DNA of 64,000 nt from Squalus acanthias. Its lineage: Eukaryota. The stretch spans positions 42,966,001 to 43,030,000 of the forward strand of contig CM059430.1 in NCBI GenBank assembly GCA_030390025.1. The letters are read 5' to 3'. Shown piece after piece: positions 23,760 to 35,616 of the stretch. Under the pieces are notes generated by a model that was not told the origin of the DNA, ran no database searches, and was given only the letters and a program-made list of their open reading frames with translations. Made by a program: the position numbers and the translations under genes. Positions within the stretch are counted from its first letter, which is position 1. Each line of letters starts with the position of its first letter.

Positions 23760-25589
23760 TTGGTGAGGATAAGTTCAAGCTCAACCGTGATGCCCACCAT
23801 AGTCAAATATCCTCCTGACACTCACTGTCAGGGCTCAGAAACAAATAATGGCTACTTGAATGAGATGGAACCGTACCTCAGCAAGGAGTCAACACCTTCA
23901 GGGGAGAAAGGAAAGGGAGAACATTGCTAATAAAATAAAACAAATCTGTAATATATTCAAACATTGTTTTTGTTTGATTTCAATAAATAGTCAAATTTTG
24001 AATTTAAAAAAATTCTCAATTTAAGATCAGTAAGATATTCCCGACCTATTCCTGTTATTCATGAACATGCAGAAAACAGTGAGTGCTATTCGCTCAGTTC
24101 AATATGAAGGACGTTACAGCATCCATTATAGAACATTCATTAGTGTAGAGATTCACATTGAATTCATTCTTATTGATTGCAAACGCTTCATATCAAATGG
24201 ACTTAGATTTGCTTTTAGAATTATTTTATGTTCCAGTATATATCTAAAAGTTTTAGCCCTGTAAATAGACATTTCAGTTATCCCTGGAGCTATACAACAC
24301 AGCTGCTCAGTTTCCTTAAGATATCAGAAATTACTGAAATTTCTAGGTGGAAATGGTTAAGGATGAACAAAAAATTCAGGTTTGAATTTTCTGTTTAGGA
24401 ACATGAGCCTTGAAATTGCTGTAAACAATATTATCTTAACAAGTTCACAGCAAATTCCTCTCCCGGTTATTCTACCAGAGGCTTAAACTCATTTATTTTA
24501 AACAGGTTAATGTCTCTGTAAAAAACTGAGAAAGGAATTTGATACAAATGTGTTAAGCGTTCCTACAATGAAATTGCTCACAGTAATTTCCAGGCTGACA
24601 TCCTTTGATGTGCACTATTTACTTTTTTTACTCTTCGAGGAGAGCAATGAAAGTGGTGGAATGGAACGTTTTTCCTCTTCCTATGCAGCGTCACTATTAC
24701 ATACTCCTAGGTGTGGAATAGCAAAGGTCAGCTGCTTCCCCAACAATTGCAGACAATGTGCCTGAACACTTCAAAGGAGCAGCCCTTGTGTGTACTGTAC
24801 TTTATCCTGTCAATGAGAATGCCAGATCATGGCCTTTTTTTTTGCTGTAGACTCGTGGCCACTAGCAACTGGGTAGATGCTGCCCAAACTCATTTCACTT
24901 GAGACCCCTGATAGCGATACGAGAGAAAAGAAAGAAATCAAAAAAAAAACCTCTCATTGAATCTATCTGGACTCGATTTGAACCCAATCCCAGAAGTGAA
25001 CATGGGAGTTACTTTGAACTTTATTGCCGTTTTTGTTACACCAGGAGTTTTCTTTATAGGTCTATTGTTCTCTGGAATTTTGGCCTGCAAATGAAAAAGT
25101 TCCTGATGAGAGTACCCACTTAGAATTTGTTCAAATCTGTCAACATTTTTCCAGAGAGTACAAACAGTGCTCTTAAAAAGAACCCCTCTACCTCCTGTAA
25201 AAGAGTACAAGAAATAGTTGGCAACTTTGTGAATACCACACTGTGTGCTCAAATCTCACTCGAGATAATCTCCAACTGTTCTCTGAGCAACAATTATGCT
25301 TACAGCTAGTGGGAGAAGTCAAATGGGATGATGAGGATCTGGAACAAGAATGCCATACGGTTTTCAACACTTCTAGCTTTTCATGTAGCTGTGCATCAGC
25401 TCAAACACCCTCCTCCCACATCATACTGTTTGTATTTGAAAAATATCGCCGATCTTCGATCAGTCCTTTAAATACTTTTACCTCTGTCATTCTTTCTTTC
25501 ATTGCCGCCTTCACATTGTTTGGCTTTTCTTTACTGTTAAGATATTTAGAATCTGAGGAAAGACACTCTCAGTAAGTGCAATGAATGGT

Positions 25590-26504
25590 ATGACACAAAA
25601 CTTGGAAGTATAGTGAATAGTGAGGAGCAGAGTGATAGACTTCAGGAAGACATAGACAGGCTGGTGAAATGGGCAGACACGTGGCAGATGAAATTTAACG
25701 TGGAAAAGTGTGAAACGATGCATTTTGGTAGAAAGAATGAGGAGAGGAAATATAAACTAAAGGGTACAATCCTAAAGGGGGTGCACGAACAGAGAGACCT
25801 GGGGGTATGTGTGCACAAATCGTTGAAGATGGCAGGGCAGGTTGAGAAAGCAGTTAAAAAAGCTTACGGGGTCCTGGGCTTCATAAATAGAGGTATAGAG
25901 TACAAAAGTGTGGAAATTATGATGAACCTGTATAAAACACTGGTTTGGCCCCAACTGGAGTACTGTGTCCAATTCTGGGCACCGCACTTTAGGAAGGATG
26001 TGAAGGCCTTAGAGAGGGTGCAGAAAAGATTTATGAGAATGATTCCAGGAATGAGGGACTTCAGTTACATTGATAGACTGGAGAAGCTGGGGTTGTTCTC
26101 CTTGGAGCCGAGAAGATTGAGAGGAGATTTGATAGAGGTGTTCAAAATCATGAGGTGTCTGGACAGGGTAGATAGAGAAAAACTGTTCCCATTGGCAGAA
26201 GGGTCGAGAACCAGAGGACACAGATTTAAGGTGATTGGCAAAAGAACCAAAGGTGACGTAAGAAAACACTTTTTTACGCAGCGAGCGGTTAGGATCTGGA
26301 ATGCACTGCCTGAAAGGGTGGTGGAGACAGACTCAATTTTATCTTTCAAAAGGGAGTTGGATAAGTATCTGAAGGAAAAAAATTGCAGGGCTGCGGGAAA
26401 AGGGCAGGGGAGTGGGACTAGCTGAGAGTTGGCACGGGCTCGACGGGCCAAATGGCTTTCTTCCGTGCTGTAACCATTCTATGATTCTATAAATTCTATG
26501 ATTC
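25590..26504 (+). mobile_element. CR1 LINE, 5'-truncated, open ORF2 C-terminus (270 aa)
   Basis: LQEDIDRLVKWADTWQMKFN..KCE, RDLGV, LEYCVQFW, FFTQR..WNALP; (ATTCTATG)n tail; same subfamily as 7411-8175. Confidence 0.93.
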
Positions 26505-26728
26505 GTCGGTTGACTATCGTCGGAGCTCCTGTGACTGTCTTCCACACTTCTTTATTCATCATACATGTTGGTAATTCTTCTATCGGAATTTCTGTATCTT
26601 GTACAAGTTGAGTGTTGTGCTTAGTTCTAGGCAGATCTCTCTTTATGTTTCCATGTTTTGGTTCCCCGAATAATAGTTCTGAAACTGGTCCCTCATTTGG
26701 TCTGAAGTAATAGCCAGCAAGTTTCAGA
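26505..26728 (-). mobile_element. RTE/RTE-X LINE 3' fragment
   Basis: KLAGYYFR..ELLFGEPKHG..LVQDTEI..EELPTCMMNKEVW resembles an RTE-group C-terminus. Confidence 0.6.
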
Positions 26729-26903
26729 ATGGTGTAATACTGAGCCACATGGACCAAGAAAGTCCCGGACTCAATTCCAAAGGTAGGTGGGAGAATTCCA
26801 ATTGGCCCTGATTATTCTCCAGTGGAAAGCACTTGTGTGTAGACATTGGGTGAGGCTGGAATCTGGCTTGACTGCAATAGTGGTGAAGTGGTCAGCTTTC
26901 ACT

Positions 26904-27048
26904 GGCCAGGAATTTCCTTGGAGCTGCTCCTGCTGTAACTTCGCTGGAAGTGCGACAGAATGTTTGCAGGTGTAAACGAGGTTATCCGTTGCACTCCCAA
27001 TGAAGTTACCACAGCAGAGCAGGAGTAGCTCCGAGGAAATTCCTGGCC
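26904..27048. mobile_element. 145-bp hairpin MITE, TSD ACT, inside a family B SINE copy (~26730-27150)
   Basis: GGCCAGGAATTTCCTTGGAGCTGCTCCTGCT vs AGCAGGAGTAGCTCCGAGGAAATTCCTGGCC; ACT at 26901-26903 and 27049-27051. Confidence 0.88.
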
Positions 27049-28650
27049 ACTATTTTTTTCAGGCTCACACATGATGATTGGCCACTAGGAGTCAGGAATC
27101 ACCATCTTTCAAGAAAGAAAAGAAAAAGAAAATTAGGAATAGAAAATTGGAAGTTAAATGTGACTCTAAATATTGTAACATGGAAATTATTTTAGCAAAG
27201 GAGAACCCTGCCTATGGTTTACAAACATAAACCAAAATCAGACACTTAGCAAAGTAATTCTCCCTCAAAGAGGAAAGCTGAGTCTTAGCTATTCACTCTT
27301 CCTTAGCCTACACTACAAATGAGTTCTCCTTACTGTGCCAAAGTTTGTATGTACTGTGAAGACTAATAGATTGGTCTTGGTTTGTTTACGAGTAGACTTA
27401 ACTACATTTTGGACTGCGGCAGGTATCCCTATTCCTATTTACAATCAAGTAGAGAGCATTACAGAAATCATTCACTAAAACAAAGTATGAAGAAACTCAT
27501 ACACTTCCCTTGGGCTAATAAAAAAACAGAAGCTCCTTATGTCCAAAGCATTTTGGTGCTTCACTTCTGCTTAATCTCTATTTTCTATCAGTTTCAACAA
27601 CCCCTTGTGTTGTTGTAACCTCTCGCCAACCCTAATTTCAAACTGCATTTACATTGGATTAGTGATTTCTACAGGTTGTCTGCATAGAATATCTTATTGA
27701 GCAGTCCCTGACTGCAGCATAAAACGAGACAGATGATTCGAAAACCAGCCCGTCGAAAAGGATTTGGCCTAATTTAGCCTTCTGTTGCTCTTAGTTGATT
27801 AGAAGAAGAAGATGGTGTGATCAACATTGTTGAAATTCAGCATCTTTCCCCTGTATGTCATTTAATTAGGAAGTGCTTGTCACTGCTCTGGCTGTAAGCT
27901 GCAAATACTCCCGTGCTTGTTTGCTTGCTTGCTTTTGTTAAGCACCTGAGACGCCAGAAAATATTCCCCAAAAAAGCAGCGGACATTTTTGCTATTTTAT
28001 GGGTGCATGTGAAGAGTGTAATACAAGGCAAATAGCGGCAGATACATATGTTACGAGCTCTTTGGCGTTGGCCGCACGTCACTCAGCTCCTGTGACCTAA
28101 TGTTCCTGTGATGATGAAGCGTGACTGAGCTTGGGGTATGGGAGGGTGGGAGGCACCTCCTAGTTAGCATGAAAGTACTGCGGAGGCTCCAAAGCCCCAG
28201 CCAGTGTCACACACCACCGTAATCTGTTTCACATCTGCGTCTAGCAGCAGAAAGGGAGAGAGGTGAAGTGGATCAAACTGCAGGAGGGGGGCAGCGGTAA
28301 GGGAGCTGAAGAGATTTTCTCCACTCTGCATAAGACCACCTGTCCAACCTTGACAGATTGCTACATGGGGAGCCATACTAGATTAAATCAAATGCATGGG
28401 ATATTCTTTGTCAAAATACAGTGCATTCCTATTAAGTCTGTAACTGATTTTCCGCAATGTTTTTACAGTTAGCAGCAAGCTCTTAAAAAGAGTCCATAAA
28501 AACTATGTTGTAGCATAATGCAAATGTATATGTGGAAAATGCATGTACAACTGACTTTATTTTCCCAGTGAAGGACCGTTGTTTGATATTTGCACTAGCT
28601 AGACGGTAGCAGACAGATAAAGGGATATAGAATGTAAGGTAACGCACTTA

Positions 28651-28885
28651 AAAATAAAAAACTGAAAATACTGGAAATAGACAGCAGGTCAGTCAGCATC
28701 TATAAAGAGAAAAGACACAGTTATGGCATTTTGGACGCACACCCTTCATCAGACTGAAGGCTGACGAAGGGTACAGTGTTGAAGTCTCATAACCTGCCTT
28801 ATCGATTTTCAGTCACTGACTGATCTGCTGTGTATTTCCAGCATTTTCTCCTTTAATTTCAGATTTTCAGAATTTGGATTTTTCC
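28651..28885. mobile_element. Inverted (palindromic) pLTR pair of a second Penelope family with two decayed hammerhead cores
   Basis: GAAAATACTGGAAATAGACAGCAGGTCAGTCAG mirrors CTGACTGATCTGCTGTGTATTTCCAGCATTTTC; centre ACCCTTCATCAG..CTGACGAAGGGT. Confidence 0.7.
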
Positions 28886-29118
28886 TTCTTATATTACCCT
28901 TATTATTAACAGTTAACAGTTAATAGTTAACCAAGCAAGCTAATGATGACGCTAATAGAGAAACAGCATTGGTCTGGCCTCAGTTGGTATATTTATTTTA
29001 TGGTTTTGGGTGCTTTACTTTAGGAATGAGGTCAAGATCTTGGAGGAGTTGCAAAAGAGACTCATTAAGATGATAGCAAAGATGTAAGGTTTTAGTTATG
29101 AGAGGCTAGAGAAACTGG

Positions 29119-29930
29119 GGCCTAGAAATTCGGGTGGGTAGCACCATGAAAAAACGGTGGTGGGCGTTCTTCCGCCAGCTGGTGCCGGGTACCGCAGCGG
29201 CCGCCATTTTCGGCAAGTCGTCTGCGCTATCATTGCCTGCTATTGGTGAGAATATGTTAATGAGGTGGAGCGTGATGTCAATCGGCGCGCAATGCCGAGT
29301 TGACGCCAGCTCATCCATTTTGGAGTTCTCCGCTCACATTACCGCCCGCACTAAATCACGGCAGTTTTTTCTGCCGCTAAAAGGTCTTTCAGCAGCATTA
29401 ACAGTCATGAGGAGTCTGGCAGGACTTATGAGGATGGACACCGGGACTTCAAACGCCTCCTTTGCCAAGGTTCTTCTTTTAAACTTTCAGTTTTTGCCCA
29501 TCAGGGGAGGGGGGGTTGCATTTTCTGGCAGCTTTCCCGGAGGCTGCAGAGTTTGTGGGTCAGTAAATCAATGGATGAACTCCATTGCAATGATTGAAGC
29601 TGATCTGTGATAAGATCTCTTTTATCTGCATTCATGTCATAAACAAACAAAAAATCGACCAACATCGGGTGGCAGCTAATATTTTTTGAGTACTGATTGG
29701 GTCGCTCCTTTCTTCCCCTGCACTGCGAGCGGGATACAGAGGTGACCTTTGGCCTCCTTCTGAGATTAGCGCTGCAAAGAGTGCATTGCACTAGAAAATC
29801 ATCGCCACGCTGATGATAATGAGCAGGCAGTACCAAAATGCTGGTACTGCCTGCGCTCTCTCGGCCGGCGGCCATTATCCTTGGCCGCCAGTGTTACCGG
29901 TAGGTTTCCAGTGTTCCGCACTTCAAGGCC
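29119..29930. mobile_element. Non-autonomous TIR element (Harbinger-type), TSD TGG
   Basis: GGCCTAGAAATTCGG / CCGCACTTCAAGGCC; TGG at 29116-29118 and 29931-29933; removing it restores GAGAAACTGGGTCTCTTTTCA of CR1. Confidence 0.85.
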
Positions 29931-30051
29931 TGGGTCTCTTTTCATTGGAACAATGAAGGTTAAGAGGAGAAGCAATAATGGTGTTCAAAGTTGTGAGAGG
30001 TTTTGATAAAGTAAATCACGAAAAGCTGTATCGGTGAATCAGTAACTAGGG

Positions 30052-30391
30052 GACTCGCCCCTCCCTATCTCTACAACCTGCTCCAGCACTACAACCCTCC
30101 AAGATCTCTGCACTCCTCCAATTCTGGCCTCCTGCGTATCCCTGGTTTTCATCGTTCCACCATTAGCAGCCGTGCCTTCAGCTGCTTTGTCCCTAAGCTC
30201 TGGAATTCCCTCCACTTCTCTCTCCTCCTTTAAAACATTCCTTGAAACCTACCCCTTTGACCAAGTTTTTGGTCACATGCCCTAATATCTCCTTATGTGG
30301 CTCGGTGTCAAACTTTGTTTGATAATGCCCCTGTGAAGTGCCTTGGGGTGTTTTACTACATTACAGATGCTATATAAATGCAAGTTGTTGT
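30052..30391 (+). mobile_element. L2-clade LINE 3' end
   Basis: APPYLYNLLQ..RAFS..PKLWNSLP..FKTFLETY motifs and tail GTGAAGTGCCTTGGG..GCTATATAAATGCAAGTTGTTG. Confidence 0.8.
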
Positions 30392-32545
30392 AGAGAGCAT
30401 AAATTTAAGATCATCACTGGCAGAATAAAGGGAGAGATTGAGAGAATATTTTACTTTGCAGAAGGTTCTTAGAACATGGAATACCCTACCAGAAAAAGTG
30501 ATGGAAGCAGGATCCATAATAGCTTTTAGAAGGGAAATGGATAAATATTTGAAAAAGAAAAATTTTAGAGTTTATGGGGGAAAGGGCAGGGGAATGAGAT
30601 TTCAGAGAGCTGGCGCAGGTTGGATGTGCTGAAATGGCTTCCTTCTGTGCTGTAAAACTCTATCATTTTATAAAAACGCAAATGTTCAAGAGTGCAGAGA
30701 CATAAATAGAGTTGTCTGAATTGAAGTAGGTTTTGATGCATTTATGCTGAGCTTCTGGCCAGGAAAAACCACTAACGCTGGGGAGTAAGTGTGTCTTCCT
30801 CCTTAAAGAAAGACCTGGTGACTCTCAAAGAAGCAGACGTGGGTTGAATTTAAAAGGTATCTTTTTTATTATGCCAAAATTTGCAGTTTTGAAAATTAAA
30901 ATGAGGCTAAAGAGGACAACGCTTGTGCCACTGTAATGAGCTGCCATCTATATCTACATCCCACAGAAATGAGCTTGTAGCACTCAAATGTTTCAAAGAA
31001 AGCACAAGGATCGTTTTAAGTAGGTGGTAGTATTAAAACTGCCTGCTGGGTAGAGTCATTTTTCAGTGTTCAATCCAGCCCCAGGTAAATCAGCAAGGAA
31101 TAGCCTTTGTCTCATCCATGATTATTCCCAGTGTTTGCTATTGCTATTGACTGCTGAATTCTGTAAAAATGAGTTACTGGCTTTTTACGATTTGCATTCA
31201 GTGACAAGTGCACAAGAAGAGTTGTGTTGAGAAGCAATATGTGTTTGTGGCTCTGACTCCAACTCCCCAATGTCGTTAACCACTGAGTTAAGCCACTTGT
31301 CCACGTGGGGGTACTGGGGGAGGGGAAGGAAGACAACTGACAATTGGTCCAGTCCTTTACACCTACTGGTAGCGGGTCAGGGTGTACTGTTGACAACGGT
31401 CTAAGAGTGTACCTGCTTATATTATTTATTGGGGATTGGTGCACAACGAGGAGAGGGAGAAAACTGATTTTGTTTTTTAAAAAAGAGTGTTTAAAATGAC
31501 AAATCAAAATTATTTAAATCAAATATCAATTACTCATGTACACCTTGGCACAGTTGCTTTAAATGTGTTGGTTAGGATGCCATTCAGTATAACATTCTGT
31601 TTTAGACCAATAATTTCAAATTCAAGCCAATTTACTTAAAAAAAAGACAACATGATGCCCGTGACGTACAAGATTTCTTCTGGCAGGCCCAGAAATATTT
31701 TCTTTATATTTGCTGTCTTGTTGCTTGGTGCAGTGTCACAAACAACATAAGAAAGGCACGTGTGTCAGGAACGTGCAGTGCAGTCAATTACAATTTGAAA
31801 AAGAAAATAATGAATTTAATGAGTTCTCTACAGTTGGGTGGTTAAATTAACTGTTTTCAGACAGACGTGTGAAGGTTGACATTCCAAGCAATTCATTGTA
31901 TTCACATGGAAGAGGACCGTTGCATTCCACTCCTGATTATGTACACATGCCACCTCCTGATGCAGCCTGGCAATGGAATGCAATAAAGGGGGAAAATGTC
32001 TTTTGAAGAATTTTTTTTTGGCCATCATTCATGTGCTTGAAAAATGTTTTTCATTTTTATTTTCTAATGTATGAAAAAAAAAATCCGGAAACTCCTCTGG
32101 ACAGCAGTTACTCTCAGGAACTTCACGCCAAGCAACAGAGCTTGAAGGATAAGTCTGATATCATCTGCAGACTGAGGAGCCTTCTTAAACCTGATTAGGA
32201 AGTCCTCAAAGGAAGGTGATACCAATCTGCATTGCAGATACTTATAGACCTTCTGTCCATTTCCAGCATTTTCTTTTCACTTCAGATTTGCAGCATTCAC
32301 ATTTTTATCTTTTTATAGCCCCAAAACATTCTTTGCTGGTTTAAATAAGTTGTGTGTGAATTCTTACAATTGGCTGATAAATAGGGCCAATCAGCCCCCG
32401 TTTTACAGGCGCTAACCAGCCTACTAAGCCCTCAATATGACGGGCAGGAAGCATGCGCACATTTCCGGCTGGAATTGTGCAGCCTGCTATATTGGGAAAA
32501 GAAAAAAAATTATGTGTAGTGCCCACGCTTGAAGTAGGCGTTAGA

Positions 32546-33683
32546 CATAGAAACATAGAAACATAGAAGATAGGAGCAGGAGTAGGCCATTCGGCCCCTT
32601 GAGCCTGCTCCGCCATTCGATGAGATCATGGCTGATCATCCAAACTCAGTACCCTGTACCTGCCTTCTCCCCATATTCCTTGATACCTTTAGCTTTAAGA
32701 AATATATCTAACTCATTCTTGAATATATTTAATGACTTGGCCTCAACTACCTTCTGTGGTAGAGAATTCCACAGGTTCACCACTCTCTGGGTGAAGAAAT
32801 TCTTCCTCATTTCTGTCCTAAATGGCTTACCCCTTATCCTTAGATTATGACCCCTGGTTCTGGACTCTCCGACCATCGGGAACATTCTTCCTGCATCTAG
32901 TTTGTCCAGACCTGTCAGAATTTTATACGTTTCAATGAGATCCCCTCTCATTCTTCTATACTCCAGCGAGTATAAGCCCAATCGACCCAATCTCTCCTCA
33001 TATGTCATTCCTGCCATCCCAGGTATCAGCCTTGTGAATCTTCGCTGAACTCCTTCCATGGCAAGAACATCCTTCCTCAGATAAAGCGACCAAAACTGCA
33101 CACAGTACTCAAGGTGTAGTCTCACCAAGGCCCTGTACAACTGCAGCAGGACATCCCTGTTCCTATACTCAAACCCTTTCGCTATGAAGGCCAACATACC
33201 ATTTGCCTTCTTAACTGCCTGCTGCACCTGCATGCGTACCTTCAGCGACCGGTGCACAAGGACACCCAGGTCTCGTTGCACTTCCCCTTCTCCCAATCTA
33301 TTGCCATTCAGATAATAGTCTGCCTTTCTGTTTTTGACACCAAAGTGGATAACCTCGCATTTATCCACGTTATATTGCATCTGCCACGCTTCTGCCCACT
33401 CACCCAACCTGTCCAAATCATCCTGGAGTTTCTCGGTATCCTCCTCGCAGCACACACGCCCACCCAGCTTTGTGTCATCTGCAAACTTGGAGATATTACA
33501 TTTAGTTCCCTTATCCAGATCATTAATGTATATTGTGAATAGCTGGGGTCCAAGGACCGATCCCTGCGGTACCCCACTAGTCACTGCCTGCCACTCGGAA
33601 AAAGACCCATTAATTCCTACACTCTGCTTTCTGTCCGCCAACCAGTTCTCTATCCAAGTCAATACCTTGCCCCCAATCTCATG
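32546..33683 (-). mobile_element. CR1 LINE with open RT C-terminal half
   Basis: WIENWLADRKQ, GVPQGSVLGPQLF, KFADDTKL, LEYCVQFW; (TTTCTATG)n tail; no stops over ~345 codons. Confidence 0.95.
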
Positions 33684-34188
33684 ACCCTGTGCATATGCCA
33701 CAACCACTGCAACATTGGTTGGCTCTGAGGCACTCAGTAAAACCATACCTTGGAATCGCCTGCTACCAAAAAGGTAAGTTTTTCAAATTTACGTACCTGA
33801 AGGTAGAGCCGGGAGGAGCAGGAGCTGCACCCCCCTTCCTCCCGATCACCACTATCTGCACACCCCCCGCGCCGATCACTCCTGCTCCATCTGACCCAGC
33901 CTCCAATTCCTCTCACTGGCCTCCTATCTCCCAACCCCCACTTACCTGAGGGCCGCTGCGATGCCCGATCTTAGTATATTCTTAACTGGCTTACTGTGCG
34001 CCATGATGGCTCCAACTCAGATGTTGATGCCACTGAGAAACCATCTAACAACAGAGAAAGGCTATGGGCTGCAAGCCTATTCCATATCTGCCATCTCTAC
34101 CTGCAAGGACAGTGTCCGATACAGCTTTAGCACAATGAAAGAGTATGTGCAAAAGAGCAATGTGTTGTGTACTGTACTTGAAATGATA

Positions 34189-34295
34189 CATAAGAACATA
34201 AGAACATAAGAAATAGGAGCAGGAGTAGGCCAATCGGCCCTTCGAGCCTGCTCCGCCATTCAATAAGATCATGGCTGATCTGATCCTCACCTCAA
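34189..34295 (-). mobile_element. CR1 3' tail only
   Basis: (CATAAGAA)3 followed by ATAGGAGCAGGAGTAGGCC..CCTGCTCCGCCATTC. Confidence 0.8.
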
Positions 34296-35616
34296 ATCTA
34301 AAGAACACAAGAAGTAGGAGCAGGACCTGGCCACATACATCCCAGAGGGTGTGGGAGTTCCTACTGTAACTTTGCGTCAAAGCTTTGTGAACTCTACAAG
34401 AAACATGAATAAAAGTATGGAGCACACTTCTTCCTCATTTGCAACAGTTGCAAGGGGCATGGGTGACGGCAGTGATTTAATTGGCACCCTTCCTCCAAGC
34501 AGCCTACAGCTGTGCTTTAACTGGAGGGTGGTCTTCAGCTCCAAGTAAGGTCACTCTCATTTGGGGTACCACTTTGCAGTCGAATCTCCTTCTGATGCAG
34601 GCAGCAAGCCAACTTCGTGCTGCCTGCTCATTAGCATGATTGCAGCATGCAGCCATGCTAAACACACTGTTGAGTGGCTGCATGCCTCAGTGGGGGGGGG
34701 CCCACAATTGTGAGATGCTAGCACCACTTAGCCTGCACTACTTAAAGCCAGTCTGCACCTTTTAAAGGAGGTGCATTGTGGCTGGAGTAGGTGGTGGAAG
34801 CTGTTGTGGAACTTATTCTGATGTAGAAAAGGACGGAATAATTGCACAACATAGGAGAGGGTGGACTCCAAGATTTTCTGACGCTGCACTGGAGGCCTTG
34901 GTGGAGGAGGTGGAGAGGAGGAGAGATGTGCTCTATCCACAGGCGGCCCTTCAGACAAACGCTCAGAAGGCAGTGGGACCAGATAGATGTGGCAGTCAAT
35001 GCCAGGATTCAAGCCCTGAGGACCTGGATGCAGTGCCGCAAGAAGTTCAATGACCTCACATGAGTGGTCAAGCTCAGTAAATGTATCTTCAAATGCCATA
35101 TCCTACCAACTGCACCACCTCAACCATTGCTCAATGCACACAACCCCATCACTCACCTACCAACAATCTCTATTAAACAGGACTCATATTTAACATCTAT
35201 AGTTGCACCTCACCCTCACACACTTTGCACTGCTGCAAGCCTCAAACTCACATCTCTCAGCTTGCACACACTGCCAGCTATTCAACCGTGACAGCCACAC
35301 CACACAAACAGATTGCACAACACTCACTGACACACTTCCCTCTCTGTTGCAGGACAAGGTGGCGCACAACCGGAGACAGCAGTCACTGGGGGCAAGGGTT
35401 ACTCAGATGCCAGCTCGCCAGAGGGTGAGGTCACACATGAGTTCTACTGCGGAAGACTCAGTTGAGCACTTTAATGGGGCGGCTGAAGAAGAAGGCCTGC
35501 CAGAAAGTCTGCGTGCAATGTCAAGGAGCATGGATGAGTCTGGTACCAACTTTGCACAGGGCTTTGTGCAGAGCCCATCCTTTCCAGTATGGAAGTGGTG
35601 GCCAACTCCATTAGCA

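Larger units (their letters stand above)
23130..23922 (+). mobile_element. Old SINE family B copy hosting two younger insertions
   Basis: TGGCTCAGTG A-box and GCTTCAATTCCC B-box; body resumes after inserts at 23291-23519 and 23588-23759. Confidence 0.6.
29000..30662 (+). mobile_element. Old CR1 3' fragment interrupted by a MITE and an L2 tail
   Basis: YERLEKL|GLFSLEQ split by the MITE; later FTLQKVLRTWNTLPEKVMEA..FRREMDKYL and CR1 tail. Confidence 0.8.

Noticed and set aside
24938-25575. Cluster of 60-110 aa ORFs, possible pseudogene
   Set aside because: No recognisable protein motif in any frame I could read.
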